Source of the DNA: Chiloscyllium plagiosum
Lineage: Eukaryota
Reading direction: 5' to 3'
DNA length: 64,000 bases
NCBI RefSeq assembly: GCF_004010195.1
Contig: NC_057744.1
Span: 35,782,710 to 35,846,709 of the forward strand
The stretch's first letter is position 1. Every line of letters starts with the position of its first letter. This document shows, one piece after another, positions 23,501 to 34,771 of the stretch. The notes under the pieces are model-generated. The model was not told the DNA's origin. It saw only the letters and a program-made list of their open reading frames with translations, and did no database searches. Both the position numbers and the translations under genes were made by a program.

Positions 23501-25789
23501 ACACATGCTGTGAGTGGGCCTGAAGTGGGGCTGCCAGGCAATATCAATCTGTGCAAAATAAAGTTATAAGAAATTCGTTTTCCTTTCAAATTCCTATCCG
23601 CCATTGAACTTGAAGTTTGGAATATTACATTTCTGTTAGTCAGAATGTTCAATTCTATCTTTCTTTAAATCAATTCCAGCATTTTCGAAGTTACGCCATA
23701 CCTGGGGATGAGGGTAACTTTCCCAGCAAGTGATATCACAACGGCAAGGATCACATAAGCAAAGATATTGTGAGTGATAAGGACTGAAAGTCGCCCCCCT
23801 ATTTAACTAAATAACAGGCAGGGTCTTGCTTTTCAGATTCAGTCAGTTTCTGAAATTGCAAACCACTCTGAAATTGTACAGGGTTATTGCTGTTAAACAG
23901 GTGGAAATTCAGACACAGCTGAAGGAACAATTTCAACAATATTTTCCTGGGTGCTCCCTTTTTTTCTTCGATTCTTCCTTCCAACAAAACAATGTTAAAT
24001 GGTTTGAAGTTCAGGCCGTTTCAGGAACGCTGCTGTCTCATTCTTACCTTTACGTAAGACGAGGTGTCCGGAACAGTCTGAAACATCTTCCTTCAAGCTG
24101 CCCTCTCTCCCGCTCCGGTTGGATCCACGTCCTAAAAGGAGTCTCACATTTGAGAAGGAATACAGCAGGCGGGTTTTGCTAGTGCCCCTTTCACCCAGGC
24201 CACCACACCTTGACCCCTCTACATTTCCTGTCGACTGCCGGGCCATGTTGAACCGCACACAGCGGACATAAAATGCATTCCAAATCACTCAGATAGGACA
24301 TCACTTTACCCCCAATCCGTCACAGACACACCTACAAGTGATGATTCTCAGGAAATGTTTAAATACTGCTTCTTCAAATGCGTATTACATTAGTGAGTCT
24401 GTCTATCTATCTATCCTCCAGATACTGTCTCTGTCCCCCAGGCTCCCTCCCTTCCCGGTATATCTGTTGCAGGGTTAATTTTGTTCACCACTCTTTCTCT
24501 CTAATTTCCTCCACGCCCATCTGTTCTCTCCTTAACTTCTCATTTGCCCCCCCCCCCCCTCCCTCTTTTTCCTTCTGATTTTTTTCCCCTCTTCACCTTT
24601 GTATTCTGCCAGCATTCATTTGGATGTGTCCGCTAACCGGAGAGAGTCAGTCTCTTCTCATTCTCGAACACGTTTTAAGTTTGCTTCAACTGTTCATGGC
24701 TCCGTGCTGGGTTTTTTTTAAAAAAAACCCAATTCTTCACCAGCAGTTTTTTTTCACGATTTAGGCTCTTTAGAAAGAACACTAGAATAGACATACTCAC
24801 CCTTTACGCCGGTTAAAAGCACTCTGGGTTTCTTTCACTCAGGCGCAGGAGTATTTCAGCGAAACAGACTAGTTAACGGGCCATTGCTAGCCTAATACTG
24901 GCTGTGTACAAGTCTTGACAAGAAAGTCCATACTGTGGTACAGTGGGGGCTGTGTGCCTCCAAAACTCCAGACAGACCGAGTTCAGCAAAGCCTCGGGGA
25001 ATTATTATTAACAGAGCATTTTTTTAAAAAGAAAAGCCATGGTTTAGTTGATCAATTTCTGAGATGAATTCTAATTAACTACTGTGAAATGGAAATCCTC
25101 CTGTGTCAAACTGAATTCGAAACCCGTCCCCATGAATTACTGCCCCCACCCCGTTTTACATTTTCACCATAAACCCGGAGAAGTAGGAAACTCCTAATTT
25201 TACTGTTTTTTTTAAAGGAGTTAAACCAAGAAGCGACGCTGAGTGGAGCTCCAGTTCCGCAGCTTCAACACAAATCTCCAACTTTTAATTTAAAATGAAT
25301 GGGGGGGGGGGGGGGGGAGCAAATGAGAAGTTAAGGGCTTAACTTTAACAGAGCCAGCCCTAACTTTAGTAACAAAACTAAAAACAGAAAATACCAACTT
25401 TTTTTAAACTAAGTTATTCAAGGTACATGTATCCTTTTTCAAAAAAAGACAACCTAAACTTTTAATTCCGTCAGTCTCCCCTCCCCCACTGCGACCCAGG
25501 CTGCAGCATATTGAAACAGTTTTCTCTGAACAGTAACATCTAACGAGTCGGGGTGAAAGGGGCCAGACAGGTCGCTCTGTCTGCGTTCAGCTCTACCGTT
25601 CAATTATATACTAACGGAACTGATGAAGGTATTTACATTTCTGGGCAACGCAAAGTTAACTAGTTCGTGACATTGTAAGGAAGTATTATTGAGGGAGAAA
25701 GAATATACGTCTGACTCTTCCAAAATCACAGCATGTTAACAGTGAATCATTCGAATCCTTTAGATTTTTGGTGGTGTAGTTTACAGCCA

Positions 25790-26425
25790 CGGCACAACGA
25801 CGCGCACACAGAGACAAAGATACACACACAGGCACACAGACACAAACAACCACACAACACATACACACATTCAAACACATACAGTCACACACAAACACAA
25901 CCACATAAGCACAGCCAGACACAGTCAAAGATAGAGACACACATAAACAAAGACAGCTACGCACAAACACGTACAGACGCACAAACACAGCCACAAAACA
26001 CATACAGTCACAGACACGACCATGCAAACACTCATAGACACACAAACACATATGCAACTATACAAATGCAGCTACACATAAACACATACAGACACAAACA
26101 CAGTACACAAGCTTGTACAGTCTCACACAAATACAGCCTCTCAAAGACACATACAGACTCAAAAACACAGCCACGCAAACACAGCCAAATACAAGCAAAT
26201 GTGCAGGCACACGCAAACGCATACAGCCACAAACTCAGCCACTCAAACAATACAGGCGCACAAACACCGATGTACAGATGCAGACAAACACAAACACAAA
26301 TACACACTAACGCATACGGACACACGCAAACTCAAGGGTATATACAGACTCGCGCACACACACACCAACGTACACAGATATACGGACGCAAACGAAGATA
26401 AACGCAAGAACACGCACATTCACGC
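25790..26425. repeat. Degenerate (CA)-rich low-complexity tract
   Basis: About 630 bp of acacacagacacaaacac variants; it produces the spurious H/T-rich and C/V-rich ORFs. Confidence 0.9.
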
Positions 26426-27447
26426 AACTGAATGGAAAGTTGATTGAGAATGAGTGAAGGCCGTGGCATGGAGCAGCGCCGAGTTCTGGGGCTGGTGAAA
26501 ACAAGCAATGAGAACCAAACCAACAAATTGTAAGATGTGACAATCTGACAACAATTGGAATAAATAAAATGCAAAGAATTGGAGACATAAAACTCGCAAA
26601 CACTTTAACTTGAGTGAAGGGAAGCGAGTCCTTCAGTAATGGGATTCCTACTTCATCGCTTTCATAGCCCCAGTGCACAGGATCCATTATTCACCAAACT
26701 GTAAACTCGATGGGAGCTCAGTAAATAGTTGATTTAAGAATGGTTGCATTTGAGAGAAAGCATCTGGTGCACGACTTCTCAGTCACAATTTACCGCACAC
26801 TCGAGTCTTATGTAAACAAAAGAAAATGCACGTGTTAACAAGAAATATGGCCTGGAACTTGCGGAAGAGGAATTTCAGAAATGGCATCGCTATTTTGAAG
26901 GGCGGTGTGGATCATAGAATCACAGAATCTTAAAGCACAGAAAATGGCCATTCGGCATATCTGTGTGTGTGCTAGCGCTTTGAAATCTGTCCAAATTAAT
27001 CCCGTACCCAACTGCTCCCCATAACTCTGCATATCTTTAAATGCAAGGCCCCATTGCCCTTTTTGAAAGTACCTACGATTTTTAATCTCCTGTCAGGGCA
27101 TTCCAGATGATCACAACACTTGTGTGAAATAATTTCCTTTCATTTCCTATCTGGTTACTTTTCTAATCATTTACAATACCTAAGCACTTTTCATTCGCAT
27201 ACCAGTTGGAAAGTTAACCGTTTTTTCCTGCTTGCACTACCAAAACGACAACGCTTTCCCTTAAACATCCCCCCCCCCCCCAGTTGGAAAGAGAACGATT
27301 CAAACTTTTTCCAACTACTGGATATAATTGAAACCCTTTATCCCGGGTTACATCCTGAAAACCGTATCCTGTACCTTTCCGAGATAGTGACATCCTTCCG
27401 GATTTGTGGTACCCAGCTGAACACATATTGCAACCGCAGTCTAAAAT

Positions 27448-27780
27448 ATAGAATATTAGAGCGCAGTGCAGCCATTCGGCCCTCGATTTTGCGCCGACCT
27501 GTGGAACCAAGCTGAAGCCTATGTATCCTACACTTTTCCATTTTCATCCATATGTTAAATCAATGACCACTTAATGCCCTTAAAGTTGGCGAGTCTACTA
27601 GTGTTGCAGGCTGTGCATTCCACAGCCCTACTACTCTGAGTAACGAAACTACCTCTGACATCTGTCCTATATCTATCACCCCTCAATTTAAAGCTATGCC
27701 CCCTCGTGCTAGCCATCACCATTCGAGGAAAAAGGCTCTCACTGTCCACCTTATCTAACCCTCTGATTATCTTATGTGTC
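27448..27780 (-). mobile_element. CR1-clade LINE 3' fragment
   Basis: ORF DSESLFPRMVMASTRGHSFKLRGDRYRTDVRG is a CR1 ORF2 C-terminus; tagaatattagagcgcagt tail. Confidence 0.85.
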
Positions 27781-28467
27781 TAACCAATGACTGGTAAGTA
27801 TTAAGCACGGTTTCCTTGTTTTATTATTTGGCACCCTATTTCTTAAGCCAAACGGCCTATAATCGTTTGTAACTATATTATCAACTCGCTTTGTCAACTC
27901 CAATGGTTTATGATTTTGCGTCACCAGATTTCCATCCAAATAAAATCATTTTGATGATACAGCCTCTTCATATCATTATCCCCACATGCATTAGTTCACA
28001 TTTACTCGTGTTAAATTGAAGTCGAGTTAGGCATGGGGGTCTCTTGGACTCTGCTGCATGCTCCCTTATTTGTGAAGACCATGGCGGATCTGATTACAGC
28101 ATTCCTGCCTGCAATGATTCTTTGATTCTTTGATTCTTCGTCAAGAATCAAACTATTTCTGCCTGAGAAAAACATTCGATGAGCTACACCTTTCACCAAC
28201 TTACACCCTCCTGAAATATGCTGCTGTGTTGATCAATACAGATATTTTCTTAATCAACCTGTTATAAGACGCCTCTGGGACAAGTGGGACTTAAACCGGG
28301 GCCTTCTAGCAAGTAGGTAGGGACACTACCACTGCATTACAAGTGTCCTTTCCTGCTCAATCCATTGCCAACATCTGAATCATTTGCTGGTGTAGGACTT
28401 GGGCTCCTTACATCCAGCTTTTTTCCCTGGAGTGCCAGGGGCTGAGGGGTGACCTTATAGAGGTTTA

Positions 28468-29802
28468 CATCCCAGGGTACTGAAGGAGGTGGCTCGAGAA
28501 ATCGTGGATGCGTTGGTGATTATTTTCCAGAGTTCGATAGATTCGGGATCAGTTCCTGCTGATTGGAGGGTGGCTAATGTTGTACCACTTTTTAAGAAAG
28601 GTGGGAGAGAGAAAGCAGGAAATTATAGACCAGTTAGTCTGATCTCAGTGGTGGGAAAGATGCTGGAGTCTATTATAAAGGATGAAATTANNNNNNNNNN
28701 NNNNNNNNNNNNNNNNNNNNNNNNNNNNNNNNNNNNNNNNNNNNNNNNNNNNNNNNNNNNNNNNNNNNNNNNNNNNNNNNNNNNNNNNNNNNNNNNNNNN
28801 NNNNNNNNNNNNNNNNNNNNNNNNNNNNNNNNNNNNNNNNNNNNNNNNNNNNNNNNNNNNNNNNNNNNNNNNNNNNNNNNNNNNNNNNNNNNNNNNNNNN
28901 NNNNNNNNNNNNNNNNNNNNNNNNNNNNNNNNNNNNNNNNNNNNNNNNNNNNNNNNNNNNNNNNNNNNNNNNNNNNNNNNNNNNNNNNNNNNNNNNNNNN
29001 NNNNNNNNNNNNNNNNNNNNNNNNNNNNNNNNNNNNNNNNNNNNNNNNNNNNNNNNNNNNNNNNNNNNNNNNNNNNNNNNNNNNNNNNNNNNNNNNNNNN
29101 NNNNNNNNNNNNNNNTCAATGAAGGTAAGCATGCAGGTGCAGCAGGTAGTGAAGAAGGCTAATAGCATGCTGGCCTTCATAACAAGAGGAATTGAGTATA
29201 GAAGCAAAGAGGTTCTTCTGCAGCTGTACAGGGCCCTGGTGAGACCACACCTGGAGTACTGTGTGCAGTTCTGGTCTCCAAATTTGAGGAAAGACATTCT
29301 GGCTATTGAGGGAGTGCAGTGTAGGTTCACGAGATCAATTCCTGGAATGGCGGGATTACCTTACACTGAAAGACTGGAGTGACTGGGCTTGTATACCCTT
29401 GAGTTTAGAAGACTGAGAAGGGATCTTATTGAGACATATAAGATTATGAAAGGATTTGACAGTCTGGAGGCAGGAAACATGTTTCCGCTGATGGGTGAAT
29501 GCTGAACCAGAGGACACAGCTTAAAATTACGGGGTAGACCACTTAGGACAGAGATGAGGAGAGACATCTTCACCCAGAGAGTGGTGGCTGTGTGGAATGC
29601 TCTGCCCCAGAGGGCAGTGGAGGCCCAGTCTCTGGATTGATTTAAAAAAGCGTTGGATAGAGCTCTCAAGGATTGTGGAATCAAGGGTTATGGAGATAAG
29701 GCAGGAACAGGATACTGATTAAGGATGATCAGCCATGATCATATTGAATGGTGGTGCAGGCTCGAAGGGCAGAATGGCCTACTCCTGCACCTACTGTCTA
29801 TT
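28468..29802 (+). mobile_element. Young 5'-truncated CR1-clade LINE (RT ORF2) spanning an assembly gap, with a GTTTA target duplication
   Basis: ORF has PADWRVANVVPLFKKG...NYRPVSLISVVGKMLE and LYRALVRPHLEYCVQFWSP. GTTTA occurs at 28463-28467 and 29803-29807. Confidence 0.92.
28691..29115. other. Assembly gap (425 N)
   Basis: Run of N inside the CR1 reverse-transcriptase region. Confidence 0.99.
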
Positions 29803-30165
29803 GTTTATAAAATCATGAGGGGCATGGATAAAGTGAATAGCCAAGGTCTTCTCCCAGGGTAGGGTAATCTAAAACTAGAGGGCATTGGTTTAATGTGAGG
29901 GGGAAAAGATTTAAAAGGAACCCTCGGGGCAACTTCTTCACGCAGATGGTGATGCGTGCATGGAATGAGCTGCCAGAGGAGGTGGTGGAGGCTGGTACAA
30001 CATTTAAAAGGCTTCGGGATGGGTATATGAATAGGAAGGGATTAAAGGAATATGGGGCAAGTGCTGGCAAATGGAACTAGACTAACTTACGTTATCTAAT
30101 CGGCATGGATGAGTTGGACCGAAGGGTCTGTTTCAGTGCTCTTGCATCTTTATGACGCCATGACA
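29803..30165 (+). mobile_element. CR1/HER1-type LINE 3' end (host of the 28468-29802 insertion; its 5' piece is about 28415-28467)
   Basis: gaccttatagaggttta (28451-28467) continues seamlessly as taaaatcatgaggggcatggata after the insert. Confidence 0.85.
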
Positions 30166-31424
30166 TTGTGTTTAATAACACGAATAATACTTTTAACACG
30201 GATCAAAACTCCATACTTTTCCCAGTCAGTAAATCTATTTGCCCCCGCCCCCCCAACTCTTCACCTAACTCTTAAGATAATTTTCAGTCTATATGTAGGT
30301 ACATGTGTAAAGTTGAGTATTGCATTCCCCAGATAAAGGTGACTGAAAGAGCAGATCGAGCAGGTTGTCGGAGTGAAGACTCTCTCAGAGCCTGCTCCTC
30401 CACTGAATCAAAATATATCTAATTTACAAAGTAGAAATCAAACACAGAGAGGTTACTGAAAATATAAAGCAGCAACAGTGCATTGTCGAAATACCACTCA
30501 TCAAGGCCGGAAGAAGTGAGGACTGTAGATGCTGGAGATCGGAATCTAGAGTATGGTGCTGGAAAATTCATCCAGGCAGCCTGTTTGTAAAATATAGGAG
30601 AACGATTCAGGAGAAAATACTTCGTGAAACAGAATTGAGGCCAAATCCACTGTTAGGAACCATTCCCTAAATCATTTGCAACGAATCTTCAAGTAACCGG
30701 GATTAGTGGAGCTGATGCAAAAACTAAATATACAGGACACATCATTGTAACTAAACGAAATTTGTTCGCATTTGTTTTGGAAAATTTCAATTGAGGTATG
30801 TTCGTTTCAAATTTAAATTGTGCTAAAATGATCTTTAAGAGGAGGCCGATTGGGTTAAGCCCACTGCTGCAGCCCATTCGGCCGCCTCTCTTTAACCTGT
30901 ACTAGCTCTTCGCTCTCATTTCGCAGTGAAGACGCACAGGTTGGAATCAAGACTATTTCTGCTGAAAGGTCAGCGGCCTGAGAAATTAATTCTGCTTTAT
31001 TTTCTCGCTACCGATGCTGCCTGCGAGCATTCCCATCATTCTCCGATTATATTGGAGAATTTCTAACGTTTTCGGTCAAATCGTGTTTTTTTGTGTGTAT
31101 GTGTGTATTAAAGAACGGCAGAGGGAGGCCGCTGACTGGATTTAATCAAAACCTCCAGACATTCGTCTGAATACTGTGTCAAAGAAAGTAACCGATTTAT
31201 ACAAAACCGCGCGAAGAGCAAAGTACGTCTGGCTTGCATCTCCATTAATTTCCGGAATACACTTTATTTTTAAAATGCCGGATCCGAACCCAATGAAAGG
31301 CAGTTTTGGTTTGGAGCCGAGGCTAGAGTTCCGGGTTTACAGACTGATGCTCAGAATCCCAGCAGTGCCAACACCAACAACCTGATTAAAATGCCATAAA
31401 AATAACCTTTTTCCTAGCTGCCAT

Positions 31425-31560
31425 CAGTACAGAGGAAGGGTCACTGGAACCAAAAGGTTGACTCTGATTTCTCTCCACAGATGTTGCCAGACCTGCTGAG
31501 TTTTCCCAGCAATTTCTGTTTTTGTTTCTGATTTACAGCATCGGCAGTTCTTTAGGTTTT
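31425..31560 (+). mobile_element. Penelope-derived terminal fragment with a degenerate hammerhead core
   Basis: cagaggaagggtcactggaaccaaaaggttgactctgatttctctccacagatgttgccagacctgctgag; same family as 4967-5186. Confidence 0.75.
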
Positions 31561-31589
31561 TAATAAGATCGGTAGCCATGATGTGATGG

Positions 31590-31779
31590 TGCTGGTGTTG
31601 GTCTGGGGTGGACAAAGTTATAAATCCAAGTTATAGACCAAGAGATTTATTTGGAAGCACTAGCTTTCTGAGCGCTGCTCCTTCATCAGGTTACCTATTA
31701 ATTTGGAAGTACCTAATACCTAGTGCTTCCAAATAAACCTGTTGGGCTATAACCTGGTGTTGTGTGATTTTTTAACTTT
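31590..31779. mobile_element. Second Penelope-derived fold-back family with a hammerhead core on the minus strand
   Basis: Arms tttatttggaagcactag and ctagtgcttccaaataaa. Minus strand reads CTGATGA-A-GGAGC-AGC-GCTCA-GAAA-GC-TA at 31689-31661. Confidence 0.75.
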
Positions 31780-32649
31780 ATTAATATCAAATGAGGGCCT
31801 GCAGCTCTCAGATAAATGCGCGGCCGAAGCAGTGACTGCCAATAACTGGAACTTCGCCAATAAAGCCAGTGTCAGTGTTAGCATCAGAGTCATCAACAAC
31901 TCCGCGCTAGAAAGAAGTCTTTTCAAATTACTCAGTGATGTCCAAAACACCAGATGTAATCTTAACTTCGCAATACTGCTTCGAACAGAGACAGAGTACA
32001 ATAAATCTGACAGTCCCAAGACAGCAGGGTAAAAAAAAATACCTCAAATAAATCAAAGAAATGCAGATGCTGGAGATCTGAAACTAACACACGCGGGTCG
32101 TTCTCGCCGCTGAAACGGAAAGCTCCCATTTCAAGTGCCACCTCACATTGATCACGAAAGAAGCATTGATGCTGCTCAATGTTGGGTATCAATGAGCCTC
32201 CAAAATCACTCTGACAACTTCACACTGTGAAAATGTGTAAGAGAACACAGTGAAAGCAATTGCTGTCAAAATATGCTTTGGAGAGATGGCTTCTCCAATT
32301 TTTTTCATAATTCTCAACTCATATTAATGTACATTTGCCTATGTCACCCGTTCTTTTGAAATAAAAAAATCACTTTTCAGATGTGAATATTGCCGGTAAT
32401 CATTGCATTTGTTAAATGACTCAGAGAAGGTGATGGTGAGCCATCTTCTTGAACCACTGTAGTCTATGTGGTGGAAACACAACCATAGTATTATTAAGAA
32501 GGAATGTGTGCACTTACACACAATGTTTATATGCTTGCTATATACTACACATATCACATGTATATAGCAGATGTACAGCTCTTTATTATCCCCTGATGGA
32601 CATCAAATAAAAGTAAACATTTTTATTCATTGGAACTTAGTTTTCCCAC

Positions 32650-33635
32650 TCCAGGACATCACCGCAGGAATTCTTCAGAGTAGTGTCCCACGAGGAATTA
32701 TTTTCAACTTCAGTATCTGAGGAACTGTGAATGGTACTGAACACTGCAATCTTCAGTATGTTGGAGGAATGGCTCATGATGAAGTGGTTCATGCTCATAT
32801 ATAGCAAGACTTGGACAATTTTCACATTGGATTGATAAATTATAAGCAATATTCGCACCATACAAGTGTTAGCGGTAACTATCAGTAACAACAGTCGTAC
32901 TAAAGGTGGTAACAGTTACAGTGGTAGTAACAGGAGAGAATGTAAGCATTTTCCCTCAATATCCAACAGTGTTACCATCATTGAATCTCCACCATCAGCA
33001 TCCTGGGGATTACCATTGACTGGAACCAGAACTGGACCATCCATAAAAATACTGCAACCACAAGATCAGATTAGAGGCTGGGAATTCTGTAGCTAGTAAT
33101 TCATTTGTTAACTGCCCAAAGCCTGTCCACCATCAATGAACACACACTGTGGAGATTGATGAGATACTGATTGGGTGCAGCTTCAACAATACTCCAGAAG
33201 ATTGACATTATTGAAGACAAACCAGTCTGCTTATTGGCACCCTATACACTCTTTAAAGCACTAACTGCTTCCACCATTGAGACACAGTGACAGTAGTCTT
33301 ACCACCTACATATTGCACTAAATCAATTAGACAAATTTCCTTTGACACCACCTTCCAAACATGCAATGTCTAATATCTAGAAGGAAAAGGGCAGCAGACA
33401 CATGGAAACACCAATTGCATATCAGTTCCTGTCCGAGCCACATTTTATCCTGACTTAGAATGACATTGCTGTTCTTTCAGCGTTGATGGGTCCAAAACAC
33501 AGAACCTCCTTCCCAACAGCACTATGGTTGCACCAACACAAAGTGGTCTGCAGCTCACCACCACTTTCTCAATGACAATCAGGCAACAAATACTGGTCTA
33601 GTCAGTGATGCTCACATCTCAGGAATGAATATGAA
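32650..33635 (+). mobile_element. Old L2/CR1-group LINE 3' part sharing its tail with the DeuSINE-type SINE
   Basis: gtgtcccacgagga (GVPQG-like). 3' end aggcaacaaatactggtctagtcagtgatgctcacatctcaggaatgaat is homologous to the reverse complements of 39610-39670 and 37385-37445. Confidence 0.7.
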
Positions 33636-34771
33636 AACATAGTTATCGTACATTTTCATTTAAAAAACCCAGATCATACAGAGATTCATTTAAATATTAT
33701 TATGACAGGTCAGGTCTCAGTTGTTAGATACAGGTTGTGGTTTGTTCTAGACCAAAGGATCATTGATATGAGATTGAATGTAAAATTTTTACACAGAGAG
33801 CAAGATAATATTCTTTTCAGAGAGTTCTAAAGAAATGGAATTTATTTCTATAGTTAATGGTTAAGACAGAACCTTTATTAATGTATAAGGTTAGATAAAT
33901 AAATGGAGGAAAACGAATGTGGAGAACTCTGAGAAAAGTGCAAATAAATGCGATTCATGCTATTTGTTGTCATATAGCACAAATGGCAATAAGCTCTAGT
34001 TGGGTTCAGCAGCCTACTTCGATTTATATTTTTATGCATGTAAGTATGCAGACATTGGAACCTGCCAATATAGATAATCATGGGTGCGTCTGTTTCATTG
34101 TAATGCTGTGACTCAGTTGAGAAAGTGCAGAGTCTCAAACCCCATTACACTTGGGCTCAACACAAAAGTTAATGATTTAATAAAAGCTTGCACAATTCTC
34201 AACTTACTTGCCTGTTGGAATCAGATCCTCGGATTTCTTGGTGGGCCAAAGTGCCTGTTCATATGTTATATTGTATTTCATTAACAGAAAATACTGATCA
34301 GGTTTATGTGCTTAACAAGGATTACAGTTTAGTTATTTTCTAAACAACCTGTTCGGAGATGGTACCACAAACCTAGGGGAGCAGGATGGGACTTGAACTC
34401 AGTGGAGGTGACACTATACTGTGCTGCAAAGAACCTAAGGATTACTACTTTTTTGATTCTTATGATGTTTATTTTCTTTTGATTCCTTTATTATACTCTC
34501 TGCAGCAGATGAGATCTAAATTCAGGCTTCCTGGCTTGAAATTACTGTTAATAAGTAAATTCTCATCACAAATAACAGCAATGAGTTATCAACACACGGC
34601 TCTACTAGTTAAAGTTACAGATTCCTTTAAATCGCTCTTATACTACTAGACAGACAGAAGCAAATAAGAAAAATGGTTTTATGAAGAAGGGGTAAAGAAA
34701 CCAGAAAGCACAGTTGAAGAGCACTAGTCCACAGAGTTCCTCTTGTATAGCTAGGACTTCCTATTATAGAT

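Larger units (their letters stand above)
12200..27450. promoter_or_regulatory. Large CpG-retaining, transposon-poor domain over the FLI1 5' end
   Basis: By eye, CG dinucleotides are frequent here and scarce in 1-12 kb and beyond 32.3 kb. Almost no young SINE or LINE copies occur inside. Boundaries are approximate. Confidence 0.75.

Noticed and set aside
24795-24900. Strong minus-strand donor AAGG|GTGAGT as a possible alternative first exon of FLI1
   Set aside because: Only a 3-codon ORF lies upstream and there is no transcript evidence. Such donor matches occur by chance every few kb.
25733-26401. 222-aa His/Thr/Gln-rich ORF and antisense Cys/Val-rich ORFs
   Set aside because: Translation artefacts of the degenerate (CA)n tract.
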